A DNA stretch of 64,000 nt. Source: a bacterium (GTDB lineage Bacteria; Fidelibacterota; Marinisomatia; Marinisomatales; UBA1611). The DNA is taken from assembly GCA_004321745.1 (NCBI GenBank), contig SGYO01000002.1, positions 47,959-111,958 of the forward strand, in the 5' to 3' direction. The position numbers and the translations under genes are program-made. This document shows, piece by piece, positions 27,551 through 38,575 of the stretch (its first letter is position 1; every line of letters starts with the position of its first letter). The notes under the pieces were generated by a model. That model was not told the DNA's origin. It worked only from the letters and a program-made list of their open reading frames with translations, and did no database searches.

Positions 27551-28783
27551 TTATCCTTCCCTCAAATTATAAGCGGTACTAACGCGATCAATTGCAACCA
27601 TAAAAGAGGCAATACGCATTGGGACATTTTTATTTTGTTTTACAGAATATACTTCATTAAAAGCTGCGACCATTTTTTGCTCTAGCTTTTGATTGATCTC
27701 ATCTTCAGGCCATTTAAATTGCTGTAAGTTTTGTACCCATTCAAAATAGGAAACTGTGACGCCTCCTGCGTTAGTTAGAATATCTGGGATAATAGCTATC
27801 TTCTTTTTCCATAACTTATCAGCTGCCTCACCAGTGACAGGACCGTTTGCAGCTTCAATTATAATTTTACAATTTAACGAATCTACGTTATCTTCATTAA
27901 TAGCACTACCTAACGCAGCTGGAATTAAAAAATCACACTCTAAAGCCAACAGCTCTTCGTTTGTGATCTTTTTACCATACTGATAACCATCTATAGTTCT
28001 GTGCTCATAATTATAATCAAAAAGCTCCTCTACATCAAAACCATCTGGAGCATAGAGACCTCCGCTGATATCACTCACACCAATGATTTTACAACCATAT
28101 TCATGTAAAAATTTTGCAGCATATGAACCAACATTACCAAAGCCCTGGACTACTACTTTCGCACCTTTTAGATCAATATTCCATTTTTCAGCAGCTTCAC
28201 GAGTGATTATAGCAGTACCTCTGCCTGTGGCGGCTTCTCTACCCTCTGACCCACCTAGCTCAAGTGGCTTCCCAGTAACAATTCCAGGTGTATAACCATG
28301 TGTTTGACTGTATTCGTCCATGAACCAACTCATCACCTGTGCATTTGTATTTACATCAGGAGCTGGTATATCTATATTGACGCCAATGATTGGATCAATG
28401 GCTCTAAAAAATTTCCTGGAAATTCTTTCCAACTCTACTTTACTATAATCACTTGGCTTGATTCCAATCCCACCTTTTCCACCGCCATAAGGAATGTCAA
28501 CCAAAGCAGTTTTCCAAGTCATTAGCGTAGCTAATGATCTAACTTCATCAATATCAACATGATGATGATATCTAATTCCCCCTTTGAAAGGACCTCGAGT
28601 ATTATTGTGCTGAACTCGGTAACCTACTACACTATCAATTTCCCCATTATCTCTACGAAATGAAATCTCTACTTTGAGTTCTCTATCTGGTATCTCTAAA
28701 GCTCTAGCAATATTAGACTTAAGACCTAATTTTTCTACTGCACTTTTATAAGCAGCTTCAGTTGGATTTGAGCTTGATGACAT
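27551..28783 (-). CDS. gdhA: Glutamate dehydrogenase (Glu/Leu/Phe/Val dehydrogenase family)
   Basis: 410 aa with FKGGIRYHHHV, the catalytic-Lys motif PYGGGKGGI and the Rossmann motif VQGFGNVG. Confidence 0.9.
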   Translation of the reverse strand: MSSSSNPTEAAYKSAVEKLGLKSNIARALEIPDRELKVEISFRRDNGEIDSVVGYRVQHNNTRGPFKGGIRYHHHVDIDEVRSLATLMTWKTALVDIPYGGGKGGIGIKPSDYSKVELERISRKFFRAIDPIIGVNIDIPAPDVNTNAQVMSWFMDEYSQTHGYTPGIVTGKPLELGGSEGREAATGRGTAIITREAAEKWNIDLKGAKVVVQGFGNVGSYAAKFLHEYGCKIIGVSDISGGLYAPDGFDVEELFDYNYEHRTIDGYQYGKKITNEELLALECDFLIPAALGSAINEDNVDSLNCKIIIEAANGPVTGEAADKLWKKKIAIIPDILTNAGGVTVSYFEWVQNLQQFKWPEDEINQKLEQKMVAAFNEVYSVKQNKNVPMRIASFMVAIDRVSTAYNLREG

Positions 28784-28848
28784 ATTTTATTCCTTAATTG
28801 ATTTTCAAAGTTAATTAAATAATACCTATTAAACTCGCTTTTTGATAT

Positions 28849-29733
28849 TTACTTCACAATTAGGATTGGCACATCACATTCATTCATAACTGATAGAGGG
28901 ATACTTCCCTTTAAAAACCTTTTAATTGGGCTCATGTCTGATGCTTTCATCACAATTATCTTATTTTTATCCGCTTTTTTAATAATCTGCTCGACTATTT
29001 CACCCTGTTTTTCCTCATGAGAGTATTGGACTCCAGATCTGCGAATGAACTTGATAATTTTACTAAAATAATTTGAACCTTTTTTTTGAGATTTATCTTT
29101 ATCAAATACTGTAAAAATATCAATGCCAACATTTAAGGCCAGAGCTACCCTAATTGCATACTTAGCAACTTTCAGCATTCCATCTTTATAATCTAGCGGC
29201 AAAAGAATTTTATCAAATTTCTGGTCTTCATAATCGTTCACAATTAATAAAGAGCTGTTTATGTACTGCAGCAGATCATGAGACATATTCCTCTTCCTAC
29301 TTTTACCAAGTATGGTTACATCATATTCTCCAAACTGAACTTCTTCCCTAAGCTCTGCTATTATGTCCCCATTGCGGAGAATCAAGTTAACATCTTCACA
29401 TGCCGTGCCTGATAAATACACCATTTTTCTGCCTTCACCATCATCAATTAACCTGTTTTTGGGAAACCCAGTCTCCGTCTGTTTTGTATCTATTAGTTTA
29501 TTTTGCGATAAATAGTTAAACGCCCATTCTAAAACATCTACCCCAGGTGCATCGAAATCCCACGACTCTAATTGATCTTGAGCAAGTTCTACTAGTTGCG
29601 AACTAAATTCACTTATTTTTTCACCAACATCTATTATTGTAGTTTTAGCATTGAATGCTTGAGCAACTTTCATACCTAACTTAAGCGTAGGTTTAGAAAA
29701 ATCTTTACTTCCAATTGCAATTAATATTTTCAT
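28849..29733 (-). CDS. Tandem universal stress protein (Usp) domain protein
   Basis: 294 aa with two Usp-like halves (MKILIAIGSKD...; ...CDVPILIVK C-terminus). Confidence 0.5.
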   Translation of the reverse strand: MKILIAIGSKDFSKPTLKLGMKVAQAFNAKTTIIDVGEKISEFSSQLVELAQDQLESWDFDAPGVDVLEWAFNYLSQNKLIDTKQTETGFPKNRLIDDGEGRKMVYLSGTACEDVNLILRNGDIIAELREEVQFGEYDVTILGKSRKRNMSHDLLQYINSSLLIVNDYEDQKFDKILLPLDYKDGMLKVAKYAIRVALALNVGIDIFTVFDKDKSQKKGSNYFSKIIKFIRRSGVQYSHEEKQGEIVEQIIKKADKNKIIVMKASDMSPIKRFLKGSIPLSVMNECDVPILIVK

Positions 29734-29751
29734 AAATAGATCCTATTCAAT

Positions 29752-31164
29752 TCAATTAATTAATGGCCAATAAACATTCACGTAAAATATAAGTAGTATT
29801 ATCGATACAAATCCTACCCTAAATCCAATTTTTAAAAAATCGGAGGCCTTGACCATGCCACTAGAATAGACAATAGTACATGCGGGAGCCGCAACAGCGG
29901 TAAAATAACTGAATGCAGAGGACATAGCAGTTAATAAACCAACATCAAGCATTTCGGGAACCAAATTCAATGTGACAGGACCTAAAACAGCTACTGTGGC
30001 TGAGCTCGATAATACATTTGACATTACTGTTGTCATAAAAATAACTAATAAATCACTAACAAATGGAACAGAAGAAATAACATCTCCAAAGCCATACAAA
30101 ATTTTATCTGATATCCACGTTGCAGCACCTGTCAACCGAATGCTAGTCCCCAAAGAAATTGTAGAACCAAAAAGAATTATAACACCCCAGTGTGTATTTC
30201 TATTTAGATCACTCCACTTCACAAATCCGCCGATGAGATAAATGAAAACACCTGATAAGGCAACAGTGCCCAGACCAAATTTCTCGCTAAGAAACACCCA
30301 ACCTAGTACGATAAGAAAAAATATCAAAACAGTGAGTGTATTTCTACCTGTCATACTTTTAGATCTTGCAACCTTGATTACCAACTTTCTAATACTGCTA
30401 TCAAGAATCTTATATTCTGGTTTAAACGTTCTGTTAATTACCCAATTTACTATTGGTATTTGGAACAATATGAATGGATAAGTTCTTACCATCCACTCAA
30501 AATAGGAGATTGATATATCAGATTGATTAAGATAGTTGATCATGATCACATTTCTTCCACCCCCTGATGGCGTACCAATAGAGCCAATTAAGCATCCATA
30601 TGCTATAGAAAATAAAATAGTAGCAGATAAGCCTTTTATTTGTGATAGGTCTGAAGATGTGAAACGAATTAACGACATACCAATTGGTAACATTATCGCA
30701 GCTACAGTATGTTCGCCAATAAAGGAAGATAACAATGCTGATATTGATAAAAACCCTAGAGCTATGTTCGATGTCTTATTACCCGTAATTTTTAAAATAC
30801 CTAATGCAATTCTTGAGTCCCACCCTTGCCTTATGATTACAACTGCAAGCATGAGCGAACCCATAATGAAAAAAACAGCATCACTCATAAACGATTTTGC
30901 AATGCCATCAACCGAATCTACATTAGAATATATTTGAGATATTATGATAAAAATTGCTACCGCAGGTAAAGGTATTGGCTCTTTAATAATTAATACCAAA
31001 GCTACTACTAAGATAATTATAGCAATTTTTCCTTCATTAGGCAAACCTTCAGGTGAAGGAATATTTAATAAACAGACTCCTAAAATTATCGAGAAAAAAA
31101 ACCATTTTTTTTGCGTAGCCCAAAAAAGAAAATTGCTTAATGAAATATTAGAAAAACCTAACAA
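29752..31164 (-). CDS. SLC13/DASS-type anion permease (ArsB/NhaD superfamily)
   Basis: 470 aa polytopic protein with two repeated halves carrying SxGTPSGGGRN-like and SSAFSYF hairpin motifs. Confidence 0.6.
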   Translation of the reverse strand: MLGFSNISLSNFLFWATQKKWFFFSIILGVCLLNIPSPEGLPNEGKIAIIILVVALVLIIKEPIPLPAVAIFIIISQIYSNVDSVDGIAKSFMSDAVFFIMGSLMLAVVIIRQGWDSRIALGILKITGNKTSNIALGFLSISALLSSFIGEHTVAAIMLPIGMSLIRFTSSDLSQIKGLSATILFSIAYGCLIGSIGTPSGGGRNVIMINYLNQSDISISYFEWMVRTYPFILFQIPIVNWVINRTFKPEYKILDSSIRKLVIKVARSKSMTGRNTLTVLIFFLIVLGWVFLSEKFGLGTVALSGVFIYLIGGFVKWSDLNRNTHWGVIILFGSTISLGTSIRLTGAATWISDKILYGFGDVISSVPFVSDLLVIFMTTVMSNVLSSSATVAVLGPVTLNLVPEMLDVGLLTAMSSAFSYFTAVAAPACTIVYSSGMVKASDFLKIGFRVGFVSIILLIFYVNVYWPLIN

Positions 31165-31319
31165 AGAATACTCGAAATTGACTTAAAAAGAATTAATAAT
31201 GAATGAGTATTAATATTAAGCGTTATTGATGTATTATTAATTATAAAAAATATTTTAAGGTTATTACGTATATCAAATATATTTATACTACTATTTACTT
31301 AACAATTAATAATATAATT

Positions 31320-31904
31320 ATGTACACTATTCCTTTGTTTCCACTAAATATGGTCGTCCTTCCTTTTGAACAAGTTCCCTTGCATATTTTTGAGCCACGC
31401 TACAAAAAAATGATTGATGAGTCTTTAAAAAATAATACACCATTTGGGATTGTATCAAAAAATAATGGCTCAGTTGATAGTATTGGCTGTTCGCTAAAAG
31501 TAACAAAAATTATCAACCACTATAAAAGCGGTGAATATGATTTGATAGCTACCGGTGATAAGTGTTTCCAAGTAATTGAAAGATCAAAAGTCAACGGTCT
31601 TTGGGTCGGAAATATCGAGTATATGAAAACGCCAGAAATTGAAGACAAAAATATTTTAAAGTCCGTACAAAATAAATATCTTGAATTACTTATTAAACTA
31701 AAGAATGAAAAAAATTTTGAATTTCTTATGGATAAAGATATATCTTTTCAATTTTTAACAGGAATATCACTCCCAATTGATATAAAAAGAAGTATTCTTA
31801 TGCTTGATAATGAAACCAAGCGCTTAGTTTATATAAACGACTTGTTTCAGAAAATATTGTCACAGAAAATACAAAACACTGAAAATAATTTTCCAGAGGC
31901 TTAG
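31320..31904 (+). CDS. LON substrate-binding (Lon N-terminal) domain protein
   Basis: 194 aa. The N-terminus IPLFPLNMVVLPFEQVPLHIFEPRYKKMI is the LON N-domain signature. Confidence 0.75.
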   Translation: MYTIPLFPLNMVVLPFEQVPLHIFEPRYKKMIDESLKNNTPFGIVSKNNGSVDSIGCSLKVTKIINHYKSGEYDLIATGDKCFQVIERSKVNGLWVGNIEYMKTPEIEDKNILKSVQNKYLELLIKLKNEKNFEFLMDKDISFQFLTGISLPIDIKRSILMLDNETKRLVYINDLFQKILSQKIQNTENNFPEA

Positions 31905-32345
31905 TTAATTTTCATCAAGTTTTTCTATTCTTCTTTGATGTCGACCAGATTCAAAATCAGTAGACAGCCATAACTCAATAATCTTATACATTTTCTTCTT
32001 AGACATAAACCTAGCACCTAAGGATAAAATATTTGCGTTATTATGTTGTCTTGATAACTTAATAATTTCATCTGGACCATTGTAAAACACCGCAGCTCTT
32101 ACCCCTTTGACTCTATTTGCGGCCATTGCTTCTCCCTGCCCAGAACCGCCAAGTATTATTCCTTTACTTTCAGGGTCATTTGATACTGCATTTGCGCAAG
32201 GAAAAATAAAATCTGGATAGTCATCAAGCGCATCATATTCGTATGCTCCATGATCGATCACTTCATAGTTTAAATCAGATAAATACAATTTAACTTTTTC
32301 TTTTAGCTCTAAACCAGCATGATCAGTTGCTAGATGAATTTTCAT
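31905..32345 (-). CDS. rpiB: Ribose-5-phosphate isomerase B
   Basis: 146 aa with MKIHLATDHAGLELKE and GGSGQGEAMAANR motifs. It has a 4-nt overlap with tkt. Confidence 0.9.
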   Translation of the reverse strand: MKIHLATDHAGLELKEKVKLYLSDLNYEVIDHGAYEYDALDDYPDFIFPCANAVSNDPESKGIILGGSGQGEAMAANRVKGVRAAVFYNGPDEIIKLSRQHNNANILSLGARFMSKKKMYKIIELWLSTDFESGRHQRRIEKLDEN

Positions 32346-34369
32346 AACAAATTTCTTAAAGCCTCATTAATTTTTTCTATAACTTTTTCTGGGGTAAAAC
32401 CAAATTCCTCAGCTAAATCTGATGCTGGTGCTGAACTTCCGAAATGATTGAGACCAATTGATATACCGTTATTTCCTATATACTTTTCCCAGCCATGAGT
32501 AATACCAGCCTCAATAGATACTTTTAAATTCCCTCTAATTGGTATCAACTCTGCTTTGTAGTCATCGGATTGCTTTTCATACAACTCCCAACATGGCATA
32601 CTAACGACGCGGACTCTCTTATTGTTTAATTTTTTTGCTACCTCTATTGCTAGGCTAACCTCAGAACCGGTAGCTAAAATTACTATTTCAGGCAAACCAT
32701 CACCTTCAAAAACTGTATACGCACCTCTAGATACATATGCATCAATCTGCTTTTGATCTTTTTCTAATACAGGGACACCTTGCCTAGTAAGAAGTAATGC
32801 TGATGGTGAATTTTTATTTTTCAATGCAAGCTTAATGCACGAAGCAGTTTCCTTTGCATCAGCTGGCCTGTAAACATTAAAGTTTGGTATAGCTCGAAGA
32901 CTCATCGCTTGCTCCACAGGCTGGTGCGTAGGTCCATCCTCACCGACATAAAACGAATCATGTGTAAACTCATGAATCACCCTAATATTCTGAATTGCTG
33001 CCAGTCTCAAGGCTGGCCTTTCATAATCAGCAAAAACTAAAAAGGTACCGCCAAACGGAATAACACCTCCATGTAATGCCATTCCATTCATCATAGCAGC
33101 CATAGGGAATTCTCTTACACCAAAAGGGATATTTCTACCTGAATGGTTATCTTTCGTGAAATCACCAAACTTCTTCGCAAAGTTTCCAGTGTAATTTGAT
33201 GGCTCTAAATCTGCAGAACCACCAACTAATTGAGGTAGAGAATCAGCTATTGAATCTAGAACGGCTCCAAAGGCTTTTCTTGTAGCAAGTGTTTCACCTG
33301 AATCAAAATCTGGCATCTTAAGACCTGAAACCATTTTTTCACCAATGGTATTTTCGATAATATTCTTAAAATTTGAATCCTTAGATAGTTGACCAAAGCG
33401 TACGCTCCATTTTTCAGCTTCTTTGGTTAGATCAGCGTACCTGGCTCGAAAATGTTCAATAACCTCAGCAGGCACGTAAAATTTTTTATCAGGCAAACCC
33501 AATTTCTCTTTTGTAAGATCTATTTCATCTTGAGGCAAAGGTGCACCATGTGTATTGTGATCTTTTTCCATGTTAGCCGAGCCTTTAGCCATTATAGTAT
33601 TACCTATAATTATACTTGGCTTATCCATTACTTTAGCAGTCTCTATTGCAAAATGCATTGCGCTATGATCATGGCCATCAATTGTTTGCACGTTCCAACC
33701 TAACCCATCAAAAACAGTAGCATAATCAACAGAATCTGACCTTGAAACAGTTCCTGATATTTGAGCATCGTTTGCATCATAATAGACTACAAGTTTTTTT
33801 AATCCCAAATGCCCAGCAATAGCTGCAGCACCCAGCGCTACAGGCTCCTGAAGATCCCCATCTGTGGCAAGAACGTAAGTGTAATGGTCTACTACTTTTT
33901 GCTCTACATCATCTGATTTTGTAATATCTGCAAGATAAGCTTCAGCAAAGGCCATACCCACACCCATTGCAAAGCCCTGTCCAAGAGGACCAGTTGTACA
34001 TTCGACGCCTTTTATTTCCACTTCAGGGTGCCCAGGCGTTTGACTACCTAACTGTCTGAACTTTTTTAAATCATATATTTTCATCCAGCCAAGCATATGT
34101 AAAATACCATATTGTAACATTGACATGTGCCCGCCTGAGAGAATGAATCGATCACGATCAAACCACGAAGGGTCCTTGGGGTTAAACTTTATATAATCTT
34201 TAAATAACAAGTAAATGAAATCAGCAGAACTCATAGCTCCACCAGGATGACCACTATTTGCTTTTCTTACTCCATCCATCACCAATCCTTTTAATACAGC
34301 TATGCTAAACTGGTCTTTATCCGTTGTGGACCAATATTCGAAAGAGTCTAAATCTTTATAACTGTGCAT
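32342..34369 (-). CDS. tkt: Transketolase
   Basis: 675 aa with GHPGGAMS and DGDLQEP (TPP-binding) motifs and typical length. Confidence 0.95.
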   Translation of the reverse strand: MHSYKDLDSFEYWSTTDKDQFSIAVLKGLVMDGVRKANSGHPGGAMSSADFIYLLFKDYIKFNPKDPSWFDRDRFILSGGHMSMLQYGILHMLGWMKIYDLKKFRQLGSQTPGHPEVEIKGVECTTGPLGQGFAMGVGMAFAEAYLADITKSDDVEQKVVDHYTYVLATDGDLQEPVALGAAAIAGHLGLKKLVVYYDANDAQISGTVSRSDSVDYATVFDGLGWNVQTIDGHDHSAMHFAIETAKVMDKPSIIIGNTIMAKGSANMEKDHNTHGAPLPQDEIDLTKEKLGLPDKKFYVPAEVIEHFRARYADLTKEAEKWSVRFGQLSKDSNFKNIIENTIGEKMVSGLKMPDFDSGETLATRKAFGAVLDSIADSLPQLVGGSADLEPSNYTGNFAKKFGDFTKDNHSGRNIPFGVREFPMAAMMNGMALHGGVIPFGGTFLVFADYERPALRLAAIQNIRVIHEFTHDSFYVGEDGPTHQPVEQAMSLRAIPNFNVYRPADAKETASCIKLALKNKNSPSALLLTRQGVPVLEKDQKQIDAYVSRGAYTVFEGDGLPEIVILATGSEVSLAIEVAKKLNNKRVRVVSMPCWELYEKQSDDYKAELIPIRGNLKVSIEAGITHGWEKYIGNNGISIGLNHFGSSAPASDLAEEFGFTPEKVIEKINEALRNLL

Positions 34370-34400
34370 TATATTAGAATTGAAATGTACTTATTTTTAA

Positions 34401-34985
34401 TTAATTTGAAGGCTCATCGTAAATATTATCTAAATTAATATCAACGTCTTTTTTCTTTTTTTCATCAACTTTAAACATTTCCTCTGATGCTAGGCTCATA
34501 GAGTTAGCGATGAAAGCGTCAGGTAATGATTGAATACGAATGTTATAATTATTTACACTTTCATTATAAAGTTCACGTCTATCAGCAATATCATTTTCTA
34601 GCCCACTTATTCTTTCTTGGAGTTTAAGAAAATTATCATTGGATTTTAATTCAGGGTAGGCCTCTGAAAGAGCAAAAATAGACTTTAAAGCACTAGACAT
34701 TTCGCTGTCTGCATCTGCTTTCTCAGAAACGCTACTGGCGCCTAAATAGAAGGACCTGGCTTCCATAATACTATCAAACATTTTCTTTTCATGCTTTACA
34801 AATGACTTTAACACTTTAACCAATTTTGGAATTTCATCAGACCTTTGCATTAATAGAACATCAATATTAGCCCATGATTTTTTTATATTTTCCTTAACCT
34901 GAATTAAACCATTATAAACTGTAAGAAACCAAGAAATAAGACTAATAAGAATTAGAACCAGAATAAATATGATTACATAGCTCAT
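34401..34985 (-). CDS. LemA family protein
   Basis: 194 aa with an N-terminal TM and YNGLIQVKENIKKSWANIDVLLMQRSDEIPKLV. Confidence 0.8.
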   Translation of the reverse strand: MSYVIIFILVLILISLISWFLTVYNGLIQVKENIKKSWANIDVLLMQRSDEIPKLVKVLKSFVKHEKKMFDSIMEARSFYLGASSVSEKADADSEMSSALKSIFALSEAYPELKSNDNFLKLQERISGLENDIADRRELYNESVNNYNIRIQSLPDAFIANSMSLASEEMFKVDEKKKKDVDINLDNIYDEPSN

Positions 34986-35001
34986 AGGTTATACTTTATA
35001 T

Positions 35002-35682
35002 TCAAATTGATACAGTAGATTTTGCATTGGCATAGAAATCTTTAATTACTTTTTGAGGATTCTCAGACCCAAAAACTTCTGATCCAGCCACCAAAATATC
35101 TCCACCAGCAGAAATAACCTCGTTAGCATTATGAAGTTTTATACCACCATCAACTTGAATTTGAACTCGTTCCAAGCAATTATCTTTTAAATATTTTTTA
35201 ATTTCCATAATTCTAGCCGTTGAGCCTTCAATGTATCCTTGCCCGCCGAACCCTGGCTCGACGCTCATTACAAGCACTAAATCAACTTTATCCAAATAAG
35301 GTTTTATTTCACTAAAAGGTGTAGATGGCTTTAATGAAATTCCAACCATTTTACCTGTGCCACGAATCAAATCAATCACCTCATCTGGATTATCAGTAGC
35401 TTCAATATGAAATGTAATATTGTCCGCACCTGCCCTTGCAAAAGGCTCAACTAAATTTTCGGGATTTATCACCATCATGTGGACATCAATAAATTTTTCA
35501 GTATTTTTTCTTAAAGACTTGACCACAGGGGGACCGATAGTAAGATTTGGTACAAATTGATTGTCCATTACATCTACATGAATCCAATCAGCACCACCTT
35601 CATCACAGATGTTCAGTGCACCTTTAAGATCAGAGAAATCAGCAGACAGTATAGATGGGGCAAGTTTGAATTCTGAAAGCAT
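35002..35682 (-). CDS. rpe: Ribulose-phosphate 3-epimerase
   Basis: 226 aa with APSILSADF, HVDVMD and VMSVEPGFGGQ motifs. Confidence 0.95.
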   Translation of the reverse strand: MLSEFKLAPSILSADFSDLKGALNICDEGGADWIHVDVMDNQFVPNLTIGPPVVKSLRKNTEKFIDVHMMVINPENLVEPFARAGADNITFHIEATDNPDEVIDLIRGTGKMVGISLKPSTPFSEIKPYLDKVDLVLVMSVEPGFGGQGYIEGSTARIMEIKKYLKDNCLERVQIQVDGGIKLHNANEVISAGGDILVAGSEVFGSENPQKVIKDFYANAKSTVSI

Positions 35683-35734
35683 ATATTGTATGACAAATTA
35701 ACAATATTTTTTCAAGAGATGCATATCATTACGT

Positions 35735-36139
35735 TTAAATATATGTAAATGATATGTCCTTTTTCATATCGGGGTGCAAACTTTTATGAACTGGGCATGC
35801 CAATGCGGCTTTTTCAAGGCGTATTCTATCTTTTTGTGCTAGGTATTTACTCATTTTAATTTCAATGACGATATCGCTAATTGTTCTGGGATTTGCACCC
35901 ATAATCTTTTTCACATTAGCGCTAGTTTTTGAAACATCTATATTATTTTTTTCTGCTGCAATAGCTATAATTGTTATCATGCACGATGCTAGAGCTGTCG
36001 CAACTAAGTCAGTCGGTGAAAATGCTTCACCCCTGCCATTATTATCAATTGGGGCGTCAGTTAGAATAACCTGACCAGAAGCAGTGTGTGTTGCTTCAGT
36101 CCTTAAGTTGTTTTTATATAAAATTGTAGATGTACTCAT
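35735..36139 (-). CDS. OsmC/Ohr-family protein
   Basis: 134 aa with two conserved Cys contexts (ALASCM, ALACPVHKSL). Confidence 0.8.
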   Translation of the reverse strand: MSTSTILYKNNLRTEATHTASGQVILTDAPIDNNGRGEAFSPTDLVATALASCMITIIAIAAEKNNIDVSKTSANVKKIMGANPRTISDIVIEIKMSKYLAQKDRIRLEKAALACPVHKSLHPDMKKDISFTYI

Positions 36140-36143
36140 GAAC

Positions 36144-37334
36144 TTACTTACAGACCTCCTTAAAAATACGTTTAAAATTATTACCTAAAATTTTTCTTAC
36201 TTCTCTAATTGTATAACCATGCTCAATTAATTTTTTGGTCAAAAATGGTAATTTGGTGACATTCTCTAAACCAGTTGGCATAATTTCAACACCATCATAA
36301 TCTGAACCTATACCAACATAATCAATTCCAACTAAATCCACTACATATTTTATGTGTTTAACTACATCATTTATGCTGGGAGCAATTCTTGCTTTTTCAT
36401 GTTTCAACAACTTCATCTCTTCATACCAATATTCATTTGAAAGAGTGTCATACTTACTTGCAAGCATATCTAATTCGGTATCATACATCATATTTACTAT
36501 GTTTGCTTTCTCAGAAAATGTACTGTCAATGTAGCCAGGATAAAAATTTATAAACACAGCACCACCTGATTTGGCTATTGCTTTAATTTGAGCATCTTTG
36601 AGATTTCTGTAGTGAGGACAAAGTTTATGAACAGATGAGTGTGATGCAATGATAGGATCATTTGTAGTATTAACAACGTCCCAGAAAGCTTGTTCTCCAA
36701 TATGCGAGACATCAACAATCACACCAATCTCATTACAACGCCTAACTACTTGCCTGCCGAAATCAGTAAGCCCAACAAATGGTAATGACTCTCCTTTTGT
36801 ATACTCATCTTTTGCTGAGGAGGCTAATTTATTTGAATTGTTCCATGTAAGTCCTAAATACCTCATCCCATTTTCATATAATATATCTAATTTTTCTATA
36901 TCTTCACCAATCACGTGCCCGCCCTCTACACCGATAACACATGACATTTTGTTTTTCCTATTATTATACATTACATCTTGATAAGATTTTGCAATATTCC
37001 ACTGATCTGGAACTCTCGTCACTAAAAAATTAAGTTTATTAATCATATCATTTGCGTCTTGAAAAAACCTTTTCTGATCATCAAAAGGGCTGACCCAAAT
37101 AGAAAACACCTGAAGATCAACGCCCCCCTGCTTAAATTTTTCTATATCAGAATGCGATTCTGGGTGGTAGGAGAGAATGTCTTCGCCTTCCATAGCTCTT
37201 AATAAAATGTCATTGTGCGCATCAGCTACAAACGCCTCCCTATGAATGTCGTATGTAGATTTTTCACAACTTGAAAACAAAAAGAGAGAAGATACTAATA
37301 TAAAGATAGTTGAACTGAATTTAATCCCACTCAA
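36144..37334 (-). CDS. Membrane dipeptidase (peptidase M19) lipoprotein
   Basis: 396 aa with a TTG start and lipobox LFSSCEK. Motifs are DAHNDILLR, DVSH and GSDYDG. Confidence 0.85.
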   Translation of the reverse strand: MSGIKFSSTIFILVSSLFLFSSCEKSTYDIHREAFVADAHNDILLRAMEGEDILSYHPESHSDIEKFKQGGVDLQVFSIWVSPFDDQKRFFQDANDMINKLNFLVTRVPDQWNIAKSYQDVMYNNRKNKMSCVIGVEGGHVIGEDIEKLDILYENGMRYLGLTWNNSNKLASSAKDEYTKGESLPFVGLTDFGRQVVRRCNEIGVIVDVSHIGEQAFWDVVNTTNDPIIASHSSVHKLCPHYRNLKDAQIKAIAKSGGAVFINFYPGYIDSTFSEKANIVNMMYDTELDMLASKYDTLSNEYWYEEMKLLKHEKARIAPSINDVVKHIKYVVDLVGIDYVGIGSDYDGVEIMPTGLENVTKLPFLTKKLIEHGYTIREVRKILGNNFKRIFKEVCK

Positions 37335-37668
37335 AACCAGTCACCTGATTGCTGTATGAATCTATTTCTATAATGTTATAATCTTGGATTTTATCAACAA
37401 AATAATATAAAAATTTTGTAGAATCATTTTCGCTACGCCAAACCGAGTCTGGCAGACCTATATTATCTAAAACAACATTTTCACTTGGCTTATCCCTTAA
37501 AAATTCCCATATCTCATAATCTGTCATTAAGCCTAGACTGAACATTGTTTTTTCGACTAGATCAGGTCTACTACTTTTTGTTGGCGGGAGTGAATATAAT
37601 TTCGGTGATTTAACTTCCGATGCACATGAAAAAAATAATGTTATTAGAGCTAATATTATAATATGCAC
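37321..37668 (-). CDS. Small lipoprotein, hypothetical
   Basis: 115 aa with lipobox LFFSCAS and no recognisable domain. It overlaps the dipeptidase start by 14 nt. Confidence 0.4.
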   Translation of the reverse strand: MHIIILALITLFFSCASEVKSPKLYSLPPTKSSRPDLVEKTMFSLGLMTDYEIWEFLRDKPSENVVLDNIGLPDSVWRSENDSTKFLYYFVDKIQDYNIIEIDSYSNQVTGFEWD

Positions 37669-37761
37669 CCTGAAAAATAAGATATCTGAATTCCATGATA
37701 CAAGTGAACTAATTTTAATATTTTGTTTTAACTTCCTACCAAGCTAAGCTCAAGTTTTACT

Positions 37762-38574
37762 ATGGGAAATACAAAAGAAAAAAATAGATTTTATTTTAAT
37801 AAAAAATTTCTTTCCTCCCCTGAAGGGAGATCAGTTAGAATTCTTTCTGAATATTATGGACCGCTAAGAAATATTAAGGAGAATAAAATTTTTGATACCA
37901 TTGTATTTTTTGGTTCTGCAAGAATTAAATCCGAAAAAGAGGCTAAGACAATATTTGATAGCGTCAGCAGCTCTGCTACACAACAAGAGATTAATAGAGC
38001 TAAAAAAGATGTTGATATGAGCAGGTATTATGAAGATGCTCGCAGACTAGCTAAAAAATTCACAGAATGGAGTAAAGGGCTTAATAGCAAAAAATCTCGC
38101 TACATTATAACATCTGGTGGCGGAGGTGGAATAATGGAAGCAGCAAACAGGGGGGCAAAAGAAGCAGATGGAATTTCCGTTGGATTAACCATATCACTTC
38201 CTTTTGAACAAACTAGTAACGAGTACATTACGAATGGGTTAGATCTAAAATTTCATTATTTCTTTATGAGGAAGTTTTGGTTTATTTACTTAGCTAAAGC
38301 ATTAGTAGTATGGCCTGGCGGGTTCGGTACATTAGATGAAGTGATGGAGCTTTTAACATTGATCCAAACTGAAAAAATTAAAAAAAAGTTACCTATCGTT
38401 CTTTACGGATCTGAATTTTGGAATAATGTAGTTAATTGGGACTACCTGGTTGAATGTGGTACCATTTCACAATCTGATTTAGATCTGTTCTATATTACAG
38501 ATGACATAGATGATGCGTTTCAATTCATTGTGCAATACATTGAAGACAATAAACTAAAAGGTCCTAATTTTTAA
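37762..38574 (+). CDS. LOG-family protein (TIGR00730; nucleotide 5'-monophosphate nucleosidase type)
   Basis: 270 aa with GGGGGIMEAANRGA and PGGFGTLDE motifs. Confidence 0.8.
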   Translation: MGNTKEKNRFYFNKKFLSSPEGRSVRILSEYYGPLRNIKENKIFDTIVFFGSARIKSEKEAKTIFDSVSSSATQQEINRAKKDVDMSRYYEDARRLAKKFTEWSKGLNSKKSRYIITSGGGGGIMEAANRGAKEADGISVGLTISLPFEQTSNEYITNGLDLKFHYFFMRKFWFIYLAKALVVWPGGFGTLDEVMELLTLIQTEKIKKKLPIVLYGSEFWNNVVNWDYLVECGTISQSDLDLFYITDDIDDAFQFIVQYIEDNKLKGPNF

Positions 38575-38575
38575 C

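Noticed and set aside
30536-30937. Other antisense or shadow ORFs in the track, for example 30536-30937, 45902-46234, 36649-36981, 11617-11925, 62773-63096, 20272-20574, 14582-14770 and 48872-49120.
   Set aside because: Each lies wholly inside, or across the start of, a well-supported gene on the opposite strand. Each translates to low-complexity sequence with no motifs.
31905-37334. Pentose-phosphate genes (rpiB, tkt, rpe) interleaved with LemA, OsmC and an M19 dipeptidase on one strand, which might be an unusual functional cluster.
   Set aside because: Gene density is uniformly high, and neighbours in streamlined genomes are often functionally unrelated. No shared motif or coupling beyond the tkt-rpiB overlap was seen.
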